DNA of 64,000 nucleotides from positions 1,824,001-1,888,000 of the forward strand of contig CBDCWI010000002.1 in NCBI GenBank assembly GCA_965223325.1, in the 5' to 3' direction. Shown here piece after piece: positions 39,701-50,600 of this stretch. Position 1 is the first letter of the stretch, and each line of letters opens with the position of its first letter. The notes below the pieces were generated by a model, which ran no database searches, was not told where the DNA came from, and saw only the letters and a program-made list of their open reading frames with translations. The position numbers and the translations under genes were made by a program. This DNA comes from Candidatus Multivoradales bacterium (GTDB lineage Bacteria; Acidobacteriota; Thermoanaerobaculia; Multivoradales; Multivoraceae).

Positions 39701-39838
39701 ACTTGGGACATCGCGCCCGACGGCCGCTTCCTGCTGCCCCTCGTCAACCGGAAAGAGGCCGCCCCGAGCCCACCGATTCGGCTGGTCCTCGACTGGTGGA
39801 GTGAGCTCGAAGAGGCAGTCCCTCACCCGAACCGTTAG
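36779..39838 (+). CDS. Hanks-type Ser/Thr kinase with N-terminal helical extension, TM and PD40 propeller (kinase 2)
   Basis: ERLAHLQEACQGDQEL extension, [20 protein letters not shown] repeats; GTGA overlap. Confidence 0.93.
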   Translation: MSQSSDPFERFEEADALLVTLLELPSKERLAHLQEACQGDQELETMVRGMLADVPVVPTAPDDEASSDSLPLSSSSPAVPPRDTLLEIGAHAGRVIERLVWDGENEQTSAGSLPGTRLGVYEIAERVGVGGMGEVYRARDTRLDRDVAVKVLPDGWKSHPERAARFEREARHLATLNHPNIAGIHHFGTESGSAFLVMELVSGETLSEVIARGPVPAERALRIMRQVAEALEAAHSQGIVHRDLKPANVKITRDDEIKVLDFGLAKAMEPSVAGLESLAPREGETESGRRVYPTASGVMLGTLPYMSPEQARGQEVDHRTDIWAFGCLLYELLTGQRAYSGPTSSDVLARILEHQPDWSLLDDGLDPRVRRLLRRTLRHDKHYRLQHIGDARVAIDEILGGAFEEPFPSEAPTARAGGALSNPMARWVAAAALLLAACGTTWWLSRTLATETADLRKPTRFKIESPVLAADSWSEIAVAPDGRSVIFRATGAADEAAAPLSIYRLGEGATGPVAGSEGGTQPFFSPDSGAIGFFHSATHTVRTVSLGGGAPREVAFATDFQGGTWTEDDTIVFSPHRSDGLFEVKSSGGEVARLTTVDPGHQELSHRHPWALPGGQAVLFTIATLDLETWDRARVDAVELSTGERRSVLPTGTSPQFASSGHLLFQQTESLMAVPLDLESLTAVGEPARVVPDIAEWRGKASYAVSATGTLVYVAGAAPPPPAALHWVDAEGNKQPFAFEPWWIESLRISRDRRLVLSRLDPTPDIWLHDTVRKTTPVLTRRGHNRTPIWTPGGDILLYSSSTGGAAQITRRPADMSRNPEILTEGEWDSWPGSASADGRTLAFVRLHPETGYDIWFLELAGSSGDRPAPRPFLTNPGLDAQPEFSPDGRYLAYTSAVSGRSEVYVAAAAGREPGVKVSNGGGSAPAWHGDALYFRRGQRMMMTLPTGDDSGRFDRPSELFEEALWESDPPATRTWDIAPDGRFLLPLVNRKEAAPSPPIRLVLDWWSELEEAVPHPNR

Positions 39839-40048
39839 CGCTCGCGATAACCACGGACTCGCAATATTGCACAAGTAAGTGAGCCCTGGCACTACACTGA
39901 TGGTGTCCCTCCTACGACCACTCGCACCTCGGTCTTCCTCTCCTCGTCCCGGTCGGCGTAGGTCTAGCTGACGGGCGTCTGCACTTCGTCGTCCGGTCTT
40001 GAAGTCTTCTGGCCCTGCCCACCGGAACCACTCGACGAGAGGAAGAAG

Positions 40049-42871
40049 ATGAGCCGTTCAAAGTCACCGTCGCCGCCGCCGGGGAGCGGCCCCCAGCTGG
40101 TCGCTCTTCTCCTGGTGGGGCTTCTGGGCCTCGCCGCCGGCCCGCATCTCGCTGCCCAGACCGTCACCGGGCAGATTGCCGGCGCGATCACCAGTAGCGA
40201 TGGGTCGGTCCTTCCCGGGGTCGCAGTGCGCGTCACCGGAAGCTACATTGGCGCCGAGAGAGTCGTCCACACGAATCAGCGCGGGCAATACAGGGTCGCC
40301 AACCTGCCGCCGGGCCTCTACGAGCTCGAAGTCACAGCCCAAGGCTTCCAGGCCCAACGCATCGAAGGGGTGCGCGTTTCGGTGGGTGCCGTCACGACTC
40401 TCGACGCCAGGCTCGAGGTCGGCAGCGTCGAAGACCTGATTACGGTGGTTGCCGAGACGCCGGTGATCGACCGTGAGACGAGCAAGGTCGGGACAGTGAT
40501 GGACCGCGAATGGATCGAGGCCATGCCCCAGGATCGCTTCAGCGTCAACGGCATTCTCGGGCAGGCACCGGGAGTCCTCAGCAACGGCACCGCCAACATG
40601 TCCATTTTCGGTTCTTCCAACGACGAGAACCTCTTCCAGGTTGACGGGGCCGACACCAACGACAGTTTTGCCGGCTATGCCACTGCAGCGCCGAGCCCGG
40701 AGACTGTCGAAGAAATCGAGGTGCTCACCCTCGGGGCGCCCGCCGAGTACGGCAACACGCCGGGCGGCGTTCTCAACGTCGTCACGCGCCAGGGCAGCAA
40801 CGACTTCCGCGGCAGCGTCGCGAAGTTCTATCAAAGCGACCAACTGACCTCCCGCAACACCACTGAAGAGCTCGACGGCGGCTACCCCGTAACGCTCGAG
40901 AAGTACCGCGACGAGTCGATCGACGCAGGCGGTCCTATTCTGCGCGATCGCCTCTGGTACTTCGGTGCGTATCAGTTGATGGAGGTCGAAGAGTCCTCCC
41001 CGGGCCTCCCTCGGGAGCTCGGAGGCTCACACCTCGAACGCGACGTCTTCTTTGCCAAGTTGAGCGCCCAGGTCAGCGCCTCCCATCGCATCGATGGGAC
41101 GCTGCACAGCGATGAGACGTCGCGGGGTTTCGGCCGGCTGCCCGAGGAACTCGAACTGACCTTCTATGGCTTCCACTACGCTGCACCGACGACGGCCTTC
41201 AGCTATACCGGGCTCCTGGGGCCCAGGACGACACTCGAAGCTCGCTATTCCGGCTTCAACGCCGACGACGAGCTGTTGCCCCTCGACCCCAACGAAGACC
41301 GCTCAATCCCGATCGTCTACGACGCGGTCACTGAAACCTACACCGGTCCCCAGTTCTTTCAGAGCTGGGACTACGAATCGACCCGCGACACGGTCAGCGT
41401 CAAGGCCTCACAGAACGCCGAGGAGCTGCTCGGCGGCGGGCACGAGTTTCGCTTCGGCATTCAGTACAACACGGCTGAAGCAGGCGGTCTGGTGGACTCC
41501 AACAGCTACCTCTACTCCTACGGCGACGGCTACGCCTTCAGCTACCTCCGCGATCCATTCAGCTACGCCGCCGGTACCGACGGCTGGTCGGCGTTCGTCG
41601 ATGACAGCTGGCAGGTCAACGACCGGCTGACCCTCAACCTCGGCATCCGCTACGACACCAGCGATGCCTTCTCACCCGCGCAAGACGAGCTGGACGCGAG
41701 CGGCCAACTCGCCGGCCGAACCTTCGAGCGCATCGACTACTACGACTGGGAAAACGTCTCACCTCGCCTGGGATGGAACGCCGCGCTCACCGGCGATGGT
41801 CGCACTCTCTGGAAGGGCCACCTCGGGCGCTACCACCGTGCGATCACCACAGCCGAGTTCGGAATCGATGTCGGGCCTACGATCAAGCCAGGCTTCTTCG
41901 GGCTCTACAGCTTCGCCGCCCAGGATCACGTGTTCTTGTTTCAAGACGGCGACAACTCGAACCTGGGGGTCGACCCCGACTACTCGAGCCCTTACCAGGA
42001 CCAGCTCTCGATGAGCATCGAGCGCCAGTTTGGGCGGAACTTCGCGCTCGCTCTCCATGGTTCACACAAACGGGGCCGGAACTACCAGGCCTGGCAGGAC
42101 ACAACAGGTGTCTGGGAAGACTCGGTCTGGATCGATGGCGACTTCGACCTCGACGGGATTCCCGATCTCGACGTCGACCCGTATGCGACTGGCCAGCCGC
42201 TCACCCTCCAACGCCTGGTGAGTGATCCCGAAGACCGCATCTTCATCATCACCAACCGGCCCGAGATGGATCGCGAAACCACCTCAGCCAGCCTGGTGGT
42301 CACCAAGCGCCGCGCCAATGGCTGGTACCTGCACTCCTCTCTCACCTGGCTCGATACGTACGGACGCACCCCCGACAGCTGGAGTCACACCAGAATCTCG
42401 CAACGCGGTGGCCTTCAGTTCCGAAGCTTTGGTCAAAACCCCAACCAGTTCGTCAACACAAAGGGACCGCTACGCGGGGACGTTCCCTGGAACTTCAAGC
42501 TGATGGGTTCCTATGAACTCCCCTGGGGCATTCAAGCATCGGGCTACTTCAGAATGCGCAATGGCGCAGCGCGCGTGCGCCTGGTCAATGTCCCGCGATC
42601 GGTCACCGGTATAAGAAGCCGCATCGTCGCCGACCAACGCGGCACGGTGGGCCGCATGCCAGATCTGGCGCTCCTCGACCTGCGACTCACTAAAGCGTTC
42701 TCCCTGCCGCGCAACCTCGAACTGGTGTTGACAGTCGACGCCCTGAACGTCTGGAACGACGACACGCCCAACACCACGCGCTCCTCATTCTCGACGTCGT
42801 CCCAGTTCGACACGCCGACTGCGCTGCCCGCACCAAGAACCTTTCAGCTGGGTGCGAGGTTGCGCTTCTGA
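40049..42871 (+). CDS. TonB-dependent receptor (Oar-like, N-terminal carboxypeptidase-regulatory-like domain)
   Basis: Signal peptide, LPPGLYELEVTAQGF, plug APAEYG...GGVLNVVTRQG, GGPILRDRLW, C-terminal LGARLRF. Confidence 0.92.
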   Translation: MSRSKSPSPPPGSGPQLVALLLVGLLGLAAGPHLAAQTVTGQIAGAITSSDGSVLPGVAVRVTGSYIGAERVVHTNQRGQYRVANLPPGLYELEVTAQGFQAQRIEGVRVSVGAVTTLDARLEVGSVEDLITVVAETPVIDRETSKVGTVMDREWIEAMPQDRFSVNGILGQAPGVLSNGTANMSIFGSSNDENLFQVDGADTNDSFAGYATAAPSPETVEEIEVLTLGAPAEYGNTPGGVLNVVTRQGSNDFRGSVAKFYQSDQLTSRNTTEELDGGYPVTLEKYRDESIDAGGPILRDRLWYFGAYQLMEVEESSPGLPRELGGSHLERDVFFAKLSAQVSASHRIDGTLHSDETSRGFGRLPEELELTFYGFHYAAPTTAFSYTGLLGPRTTLEARYSGFNADDELLPLDPNEDRSIPIVYDAVTETYTGPQFFQSWDYESTRDTVSVKASQNAEELLGGGHEFRFGIQYNTAEAGGLVDSNSYLYSYGDGYAFSYLRDPFSYAAGTDGWSAFVDDSWQVNDRLTLNLGIRYDTSDAFSPAQDELDASGQLAGRTFERIDYYDWENVSPRLGWNAALTGDGRTLWKGHLGRYHRAITTAEFGIDVGPTIKPGFFGLYSFAAQDHVFLFQDGDNSNLGVDPDYSSPYQDQLSMSIERQFGRNFALALHGSHKRGRNYQAWQDTTGVWEDSVWIDGDFDLDGIPDLDVDPYATGQPLTLQRLVSDPEDRIFIITNRPEMDRETTSASLVVTKRRANGWYLHSSLTWLDTYGRTPDSWSHTRISQRGGLQFRSFGQNPNQFVNTKGPLRGDVPWNFKLMGSYELPWGIQASGYFRMRNGAARVRLVNVPRSVTGIRSRIVADQRGTVGRMPDLALLDLRLTKAFSLPRNLELVLTVDALNVWNDDTPNTTRSSFSTSSQFDTPTALPAPRTFQLGARLRF

Positions 42872-45612
42872 AGGAAGAAGAACCGAGGACCGAGCTCGCC
42901 AGTGGCACCCGCATCGGCGGATACGAGGTCAAAGGCCTTCTCGGGGCCGGTGGCATGGGCGAGGTCTACCGGGCGCGCGACACCACCCTCGGGCGCGACG
43001 TGGCGATCAAGGTCCTGCCACCGTCGGTGGCCCGCAACAAGGAGCTCCGGGCGCGCTTCGCGCGCGAGGCCAGATTGCTCGGCTCCCTCCAACACCCGGG
43101 CATCGCCTCGGTGCATTCGTTTGAGGAGGAGCCGGTCGCTGCGATCGTCATGGAGCTCGTACCGGGCAAGACGCTCGACGAGCGGCTGCGGCGAAGCCCC
43201 CTCCAGGCGCGCGAAGCGCTTCCGATCTTCCGGCAGCTCGCCGAGGCCCTGGAAGCCGCGCACGAACTCGGCATCATCCATCGCGATCTCAAGCCGGCCA
43301 ACATCAAGGTCACCCCCGAGGGCCGCGTCAAGGTCCTCGACTTCGGCCTCGCCAAGTCAGTCGCCAGTGGTTTGCACCACAACCCGCTCGAGGCCGGAAA
43401 CACCCAGACCTTGACCGCTCACACCGCGCGCGGCGTCGTTTTGGGAACCGTCCCGTATATGAGCCCGGAGCAGGCGCGCGGCGAGCGTGTCGATCTCAGA
43501 ACCGACGTCTGGGCCTTCGGCTGCCTCTTGTTCGAAGCGTTGGCTGGCGAGCGGACCTTCGCCGGCGAATCTGCCGCCGACGTCACCGCGCAGATCCTCG
43601 AGCGCGAACCCGATTGGTCGCGGCTGCCCGACGATCTGGACCCCCGCATCCGGCTCCTGCTCGAACGCTGCTTGCGAAAAGAACCCGAGCGCCGGCTGCA
43701 GCACCTGGGCAACGCGCGGGTGGAGCTCGAGGACATCGCTTCGGCCTCGTCGCTCTCGGCCTCGTTCTCAGGCTCTTCGGGCGGCGCGGGTTCTCTGGTG
43801 TCGTCGGCGGCAGGGCCTCCGGAGGCGACGACCTTCGAGCGACTGTGGATGCCCCTTCTCGTCACCAGCATCCTGGCGGCAGGTGTCATCGGCTGGACAC
43901 TTCCCAGAGGATGGGCGAGCGACCCCGGTCCGCCTCCCGGACATGGGCCGGTTCTCCGCTTTCAGTTGGCCGAGAAGGTTTTCCCGGCTCCCCATCGCCG
44001 GCTTTCGATCTCCGCTGACGGCACACGCATCGCCTACGACAAGTCGCAAGGGGCCTCCGTCCGAACTCTCGACAGCGAGGAGCTTCTCGTCCTGGATGCG
44101 AATGGTGCCGGAGCACAGATTTCACCTGACGGCGACTGGCTGGCGTACCACTACTTCGTCAAGGGCCTGGTGAACAAGATCTCGCTGGGCGGTGGTACGC
44201 CCGTCACCCTGGGAGCCGCCGACATCGTGCGCGGCATGAGCTGGAGCGACAACGGCCTTCTCGTCTACTCCAATCGGCCTTCGGGCGGCGACCTGGTCCT
44301 GGTCCGCGACGACGGCGAGGGAGAGCCCGAGATCCTGCTGTCGCCCTCCCCCGACCAAGGAGAAGACGGTTTCCGCTGGCCAACGTTTCTTCCCGGCGGC
44401 CAGGACGTTCTCTTTACCGTCGTCCCTACTGGGACGCCCGACTTCGACAATTGGCGCATCGATGTAGTCTCGCGCACCGACGGATCGCGCAAGACCCTGG
44501 TCGAGAAGGCGAGCGACGGCCGCTATCTCGAGAGCGAACGCCTGGGAAGCTGGCTCCTCTACTCACAAAGCGGGTCGGTCTTCGCCGCTCCCTTCGACCG
44601 CGAGAAGCTGGCGGTTGTCGGTCCGGCGATCGAAGTCCTGCCGGGAGTCGCTGCAACGGTGGGTGCCGCCCCCTATGCGGTCTCACGCAACGGAACGCTC
44701 GCCTACGCGCCGGGAGTCGCGGTCCGGCCGCCGACCAGGTATTTCTTCGTCGATGAGAGTGGTAACGAAGAAGAGGCCGCGATCACAGCCGACGAGGAAT
44801 CCCGTCACCCCCGGATCTCGCCAGACGGCCGCTTCCTGGTTCTCCAGCATCGAGCCGGGGGCCTCTGGGTTCACGACTTCCAGAGAGCCGTCACCGAGAA
44901 ACGCGGCGACGGAGGCGTCATGGTGACACCCATCTGGTCACATGACGGAGAGACCATTTACTACAACGATGGCCCTCGCCAGCTCTTCGAACGGCCCGCC
45001 GATGGCAGCGGCGAACCCCGACAGCTCACCTTCCGCGAAGACTCTGTCATCCCTACGTCGGCCTCTCCGGACGGCCGCTTCCTGGCCGTCAACGCCTACG
45101 ACGGCGACCGCGGCTGTGACGTCTACCTCGTCGAGCTGCCCGCGGGCGACGACCCTCGTGCCTCCATCGAACTCCGACCCCTGGTCACTTCCGGCGACTT
45201 CGAAGCCAACGGCCGCTTCTCGCGCGACGGGGAGTGGCTGGCCTACGTAGCAGTCGAGAACGACCAGCGCAACATTTTCGTCACCCGACCGGAAGCGGGC
45301 AGTGCCACGATGCAGCTCTCGAGCTCCGGTGGCGGTTCACCCCTCTGGTCGCCCAACGGTCAGGAACTCTTCTTCATCAGCGAGGCCAGCGAAGTCTGGG
45401 CGGTGCGGGTGCCCACGAATCCAGGTGACGAGTGGGGGCTGCCCGAGCGGCTCTTTGAAAGCGACAAGTTGAGGCCCGGCTACGACGTCTCTTTTCCCGA
45501 GATCCTCTCCGACGGGCGCTTTCTCGGCAGCGCACTGAACGAACCACCCGATCTGGTTCCTGTCCACGTGGTGGTCAATTGGTTCACTGAACTCGAAGAG
45601 CTTCTGGGCTAG
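42868..45612 (+). CDS. Hanks-type Ser/Thr kinase with TM and PD40 propeller (kinase 3); CTG start inferred
   Basis: Frame open from CTG 42868 through [19 protein letters not shown]; [11 protein letters not shown]; VVVNWFTEL. Confidence 0.9.
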   Translation: MKEEEPRTELASGTRIGGYEVKGLLGAGGMGEVYRARDTTLGRDVAIKVLPPSVARNKELRARFAREARLLGSLQHPGIASVHSFEEEPVAAIVMELVPGKTLDERLRRSPLQAREALPIFRQLAEALEAAHELGIIHRDLKPANIKVTPEGRVKVLDFGLAKSVASGLHHNPLEAGNTQTLTAHTARGVVLGTVPYMSPEQARGERVDLRTDVWAFGCLLFEALAGERTFAGESAADVTAQILEREPDWSRLPDDLDPRIRLLLERCLRKEPERRLQHLGNARVELEDIASASSLSASFSGSSGGAGSLVSSAAGPPEATTFERLWMPLLVTSILAAGVIGWTLPRGWASDPGPPPGHGPVLRFQLAEKVFPAPHRRLSISADGTRIAYDKSQGASVRTLDSEELLVLDANGAGAQISPDGDWLAYHYFVKGLVNKISLGGGTPVTLGAADIVRGMSWSDNGLLVYSNRPSGGDLVLVRDDGEGEPEILLSPSPDQGEDGFRWPTFLPGGQDVLFTVVPTGTPDFDNWRIDVVSRTDGSRKTLVEKASDGRYLESERLGSWLLYSQSGSVFAAPFDREKLAVVGPAIEVLPGVAATVGAAPYAVSRNGTLAYAPGVAVRPPTRYFFVDESGNEEEAAITADEESRHPRISPDGRFLVLQHRAGGLWVHDFQRAVTEKRGDGGVMVTPIWSHDGETIYYNDGPRQLFERPADGSGEPRQLTFREDSVIPTSASPDGRFLAVNAYDGDRGCDVYLVELPAGDDPRASIELRPLVTSGDFEANGRFSRDGEWLAYVAVENDQRNIFVTRPEAGSATMQLSSSGGGSPLWSPNGQELFFISEASEVWAVRVPTNPGDEWGLPERLFESDKLRPGYDVSFPEILSDGRFLGSALNEPPDLVPVHVVVNWFTELEELLG

Positions 45613-45803
45613 AGCTGCGATGCAGCATAGAGCGGCAGAGAACGGAGCCGATCGGCAGATTCACCATCAGGCATCTTCACCTTCAAATCCTCGACTCCAA
45701 CCGCCCCCTGATGGAGCCGCACCCCTTCTCGCGCACCAGAGCGCCACAGAAACTGGTGCATGGACTTCAACGAACCCGCAGCTTTGGTCTTCACCTCGAC
45801 GGG
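45609..45803 (-). pseudogene. C-terminal remnant resembling AAA ATPase/DUF4143 proteins
   Basis: PVEVKTKAAGSLKSMHQF...LRSLPLYAA resembles the nuclease-like C-terminus of that family. Confidence 0.55.
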
Positions 45804-45917
45804 CCGTGTTTCGGTATCAAGCCGACCGAAACACCATTGTGTTTTACACTCAAGAAGAGCAATACACGACCGTGTTTAGCGCTTCTTGGCCGCTCAGCCA
45901 ACCCCCCAGCGCCTCCC

Positions 45918-46886
45918 TTAGCGCTCGACGACCACCAGACCGTTTTCGAACCGCACCCTGGAACCGACCAACTCCAGCGTCGGGGCGATGGAGGACTCGG
46001 GCGACGTCCACACCACGTCACCGCGCAGGCGCTGGTCGAGGATGGAGGTTTCGACCCCGGCGCCGAGGCGTACCTCGAGGCCGCTTTCGCGTTCTACCCA
46101 ATCGAGGAACTCGCCGATGGTGCGGCCGTCGATGTCGAACGGCTCGACCAACGGGTGCGTCCACTCGAACCGCGGGTCGGCCGGCGAGAGCTCTTCGAAC
46201 TGACGCGTGCCGTTCGCGCGCAGGCGCATGACCTGCCCGCGTTCAACAACGGCGCTGGCGCCGCGACGAGGTTCTACCAGCACCTTGCCCGCGCGCACCG
46301 CAACGAACAGATCGTCCCCCTTCATTCGTGCCTCGTAGCTCGTGCCCCGGTTGACGAGGGTCGCGATGGGTGTCGTGATCTCGACCGCTTGATCCGCCTC
46401 TCGACTCTGACTGGAGTCGAAGTAGAGGGCCCCCGCCTCGAGTTCGAGCCGGGCCCGGCCATCGAGGCGAACGCGGGTCGAAGAGTCCAAGCGAACGCGC
46501 GAACCGTTCTTCAAACGAAACGCCGCCCGCCCCTTGTACGCCGTTTCGAGCACGCTGCCCGGACCAAGCGCGACCATTCGTTCACCAGAGTCGTTCCAAT
46601 CGCGAGCGTCGACTTCGACGTCGCCGACGATCTGCTCGAGATCGGCAAGCGGGGCGTTGATCATCGCCGCTCTCGGCCACAGGGATGCTCCCGCCACCAT
46701 AGCCAGCACCAGAGACGCTGCCGCAGCGAGCGCCAACGTGGCCCGACGACGGGCGTGCCGCCTCAGACCTTCCCGCCACGCGATGTGCGCCTCTCGATGG
46801 GCGCGTTCGACCGCCATCGGATCGGGTTCCGGAAGGTCTTTCGAGAGCCGCAAGAGCGCTGCAACGGGATCGTTTCGTTCGTTCAT
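45918..46886 (-). CDS. FecR-family anti-sigma factor
   Basis: TM, GSRVRLDSSTRVRL, LEAGALYFD, NRGTSYEAR. Confidence 0.88.
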   Translation of the reverse strand: MNERNDPVAALLRLSKDLPEPDPMAVERAHREAHIAWREGLRRHARRRATLALAAAASLVLAMVAGASLWPRAAMINAPLADLEQIVGDVEVDARDWNDSGERMVALGPGSVLETAYKGRAAFRLKNGSRVRLDSSTRVRLDGRARLELEAGALYFDSSQSREADQAVEITTPIATLVNRGTSYEARMKGDDLFVAVRAGKVLVEPRRGASAVVERGQVMRLRANGTRQFEELSPADPRFEWTHPLVEPFDIDGRTIGEFLDWVERESGLEVRLGAGVETSILDQRLRGDVVWTSPESSIAPTLELVGSRVRFENGLVVVER

Positions 46887-47506
46887 GTTCGGCTCCTGTC
46901 GACGGCCGCAGAGCGCAGCGGGCTCGAAGCGAGCACCAGATAGGCCTCTCGAAAACTGTTGCGGGCCCGGGTAAGGACAGACTCGGCCGCCTTCTCGCTG
47001 ACCTCGAGGCGCTCAGAGATCTCACGCACACTCCTGCCCTGGATGTATTTCCACGACAGCGCCTGGCGATGGCGCGGGTGCACCCGATCGAGGGCTCGCT
47101 GAATGCGCTCTCGCACCTCGGCGCGCTCCGCCATCTTCTCGGGGTCGTCACCAGTATCCGTCAGCGACTCGAGGGCCGAGGCGAGCTCGTCGTCGAGGTC
47201 CGCCACCGGGACCGCGGCGGCGTGGCGGCCCTCCGCGCGGTACCAGTTGGCGATCTCGCGACGACAAATGGTCAGCACCCAGGTGAGTAATGCGGCTTCA
47301 CCACGATAGGTACCAATGCGGGCGAGGGCGGTGCACACGGTCGATTGCGCGACCTCTTCCGCCGCCGCCTCGTCGCCGCCCATGCGACGCAAGCTGAAAC
47401 GATAGGCGACCGAGAAATGCCGTTGGAAGAAGGCCTCGAAGGCGCGCTCATCGCCACGTCGGACGCGTTTGGCCAGGGCTCGATCTTCGAGGTGGAGGTT
47501 CATCAA
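46883..47506 (-). CDS. ECF sigma-70 factor
   Basis: YRGEAALLTWVLTICRRE, region 4 SVREISERLEVSEKAAESVLTRAR; paralog of 2540-3172. Confidence 0.9.
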   Translation of the reverse strand: MMNLHLEDRALAKRVRRGDERAFEAFFQRHFSVAYRFSLRRMGGDEAAAEEVAQSTVCTALARIGTYRGEAALLTWVLTICRREIANWYRAEGRHAAAVPVADLDDELASALESLTDTGDDPEKMAERAEVRERIQRALDRVHPRHRQALSWKYIQGRSVREISERLEVSEKAAESVLTRARNSFREAYLVLASSPLRSAAVDRSRT

Positions 47507-47680
47507 TGGGTTAGACGCTAACGGAGCAGGAAATCCTTCGGCTGAGAAGCGATGGGTCCAATGAGAGGCAGGTGAGAGCTTGCCACCGAAGGATTTGGCG
47601 CACTCGAGCCGTCGAACAGAACGAACCCCTCAGTTGAGGACACTCTGCCAAGTACCCTCTGAGCAACGAGAGTAACGATT

Positions 47681-50600
47681 ATGAAGACGAGCCCGCACCT
47701 CACTCTGTTTCTTTGTCGCATGACCCTCTGTTCGAGCTTCGCCATGCTGGCCGGCAGCCTCGCCACCGCCCTGCCCGCTGACGCGACCTCCGGCGAGCGG
47801 TATCGCTGCCGTTCGGTTCCCGAGGCGATCGACATGCTGCGCGCCTCGGGCCTCGAGGTCGCCTACAGCGAGGGACTCGTCTCGGAACGTATGTTGGTGC
47901 GCCGCACACCGACCGCGGAGGACTCTGCCGGCCTGCTTCAAGAGATCGTTGGGGACTACGGCCTGGAGGTCAAGCAACTGCCGGGCAAAAGCCTGTCGAT
48001 CGTCCCCAGCGCGTCGCAGTCGGTCGAACGTTTACGCCGCATCTCCTCACCGTTGCTCGTTCGCGAAGACAGCTACGACGCGCTCCCCGAGTGGCGCAAC
48101 CTCACCGACATCGGTCGGAGCGTCGCCTTCATCTCCTTCGTCGAGGGCAGCGGCACCGCAGCTGCTCCGAGTATCGATCAGGGTGTCGACTTCATCATCT
48201 GGCGCCTGCCGGAAAGGCTGGGCGACAAGGCGCGCGCAGCGTTCGAGCTCAAGCAACAGATCGTCGCCACCGGCTCGCGCGCCCCCACCGCCCGAATGGG
48301 GCTCGAAGGCTCGCGGGCAGTGGTCGAAGCATTGATGGACAGAGAGCTTGCGCCCTACGTCGACGGCTACGTCTTCGAGCGTGATCCGTGGGTACCAGAA
48401 CTCGACGCCACCGGGCGCCCCTGGTGGAAGACCTCGCTCGCCAGCGCGTCGTCCGACACGCTGCTCGAGCTTCTACTCGATGGAGCGAGAAAGGGCGCTG
48501 CCTTTGTGCTCGTTCAGGATCGAGGGCCGAATGCATCCGAGAGCGGCCTGCTCGACGCGGTTCGGGCGACGGGTGCGGGTGCTCTCGAGGATCAACCGCA
48601 GACCGCCAGCCAGGAACGAATCAACGCAACCGTCTTTCTCGAGCCCCGCAGTGGCAACTTCCAGGTCGCGGTCTACAACCCGAGTGGCGGCGGCCGCGTA
48701 AGTCTCGAGCTCGAACCCGGCCTGGAGGCCAGGGTGATCTATCCACAGGGAGAACACGTCGCCACAGACTCCTACGGAAGGTTTGTGGCCCTGCAGTTCC
48801 CAGGTGGAGCCGAGCACTGGCTGATCGAGCTCGAGAAGAGCCGCGATCTTGCCCGTGCTGGTGAAGCCCTGGTCGAAGACGAAGTCATCGTCGATCCCTA
48901 TGAAGTGGTCGTCAGGAACCAGATCTTCCAGCGTGCCGAGGTCGACAAGGTCCTGTCGGTCGACGTGATGGAGTACGCGAGTGTGACGCCGGGTTGGCGC
49001 AACGGGCGGCGCTCTTTCTGGGAACACAGGATCTTTCAGCGCCGCGGGCGCCTCGATGAGTACCTTCACCTCGAGGTCTACCGTGACGGCGTCAGGCTGC
49101 CGCGCGACAAGATGTACAAGAGCATCCTGGGCCGGCCGGTCGAGCGCATCGAGCTCGCTCCGCTGACGGTCGAGAACCGCAAGACCTATCGCTATCGCTA
49201 TCTGGGCAGCGATGAGATCGACGGCCATCCGACCTGGAAGATCGGCTTCGACCCGGTCGTGCCGGGACGGCTGGTTTCGGGCGTGATCTGGATCGATCAG
49301 GTCACTGGTGCCCACCGACAGATTCGCGCCAAGCACCACAACCTCGGCGTTGGCATTCTCTCGGGTGACTACATCACGCGCTACCGCTGGATTCCGGGCC
49401 CCGACGGCTGCCACTGGGACTGGGATCGCCGCTACGGCAGCGAGACCTACGACTACCTCGACTTCGAGGGCGTGGCCCAGATCGACTACAAGCGGGAGAA
49501 TTTCCGCTACAACCGGGCCGACATCGAAGAGGTGATCCAAGCCGCCCACGAGAGCGATGTGCTGATTCACGTCGCGACTCCGCCCGAAGGTCATCGCTGG
49601 TTGCTGCGCGGAGCAGAGATCAAGCCGAAGCGCGGTGATCTCCCGTACGAAGACGGCGTCTTGCGGGTTGAGGACATGCCGGAAGTGAAGCCGGACTCGA
49701 GCGACGAGGAACTGCCGTTAGCGGACGAGCCCGCGATCGAGCGCCAGGCGGAGCGACCCGCCGAGGAGGCCCCCGGCCCCGCATTGACAGCGTCGCTAGG
49801 GAGCGCAACGAGCCGCGGCGAAGGCGACGCCCTGACTGAAATGCTCGCAGGGCCCTGGGCTTTTCCGTCGCGGTCGCGCATCAGCGTCGGATATTTCGGC
49901 AACAGCAGCTCGGATTCCGACCTCGACTTCGGTTTCAACTTTCTCGACTGGGACTTCCTGCGTCGTGGACGCAAGGGCCGAGACCCTCTCTACCTGTGGA
50001 TCGGTGGCTTCGGCGAAGACGGTCTGGTTTCGCTGACCGACCCGCATCTCTTCGGTTCGGAATGGTCACTCACCGGCTCGTTCGACCTTCAGCTCGACCC
50101 CGATCAGGACTTCCTGTTTCGGCAGAACACTGAGACGCCCGGCGACGAAAGCACCGTAAGCAACCTGAGCCTCGACTCGCGGAAGGTTGGCTTTCGCTTC
50201 TCCTTCGGCCGACCGTTGACGGGTTCGGTCTCGATGCGACTCAAGCTCGGGGTGCATTCGCTCAACTTCATGAGAAAGTCTGGCACCGACCCGAATTTCA
50301 TCCTGCCCGCCAACTCGAGTGAGGTCACCCTGCGCAGCGAGCTGTCGTGGAGCCGCCGTTCCACGCATCTCGTCCTGGGTCTAGAGGGCGGGCGACGTGG
50401 AAGTGACTGGCGCGCCTGGGGCCTCGACGGTCGACAAGAAGCGATCGATCAGTGGTCGCGCTACGACGCCCGTCTGACCTGGGCCCATCCAATCGGGCGC
50501 TCGCAGACGTTGGCGGCCAGCCTCGGCATTTTTGGAGGCTCGGACCTCGATCGGTTCTCCCGTCGACGACTGTTCGAGGTCGACGCACGAGTACCGGGCT

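Noticed and set aside
39861-39870. GCAATATTGC palindrome upstream of the Oar-like receptor
   Set aside because: Only 10 bp and single copy; not enough to call an operator or riboswitch
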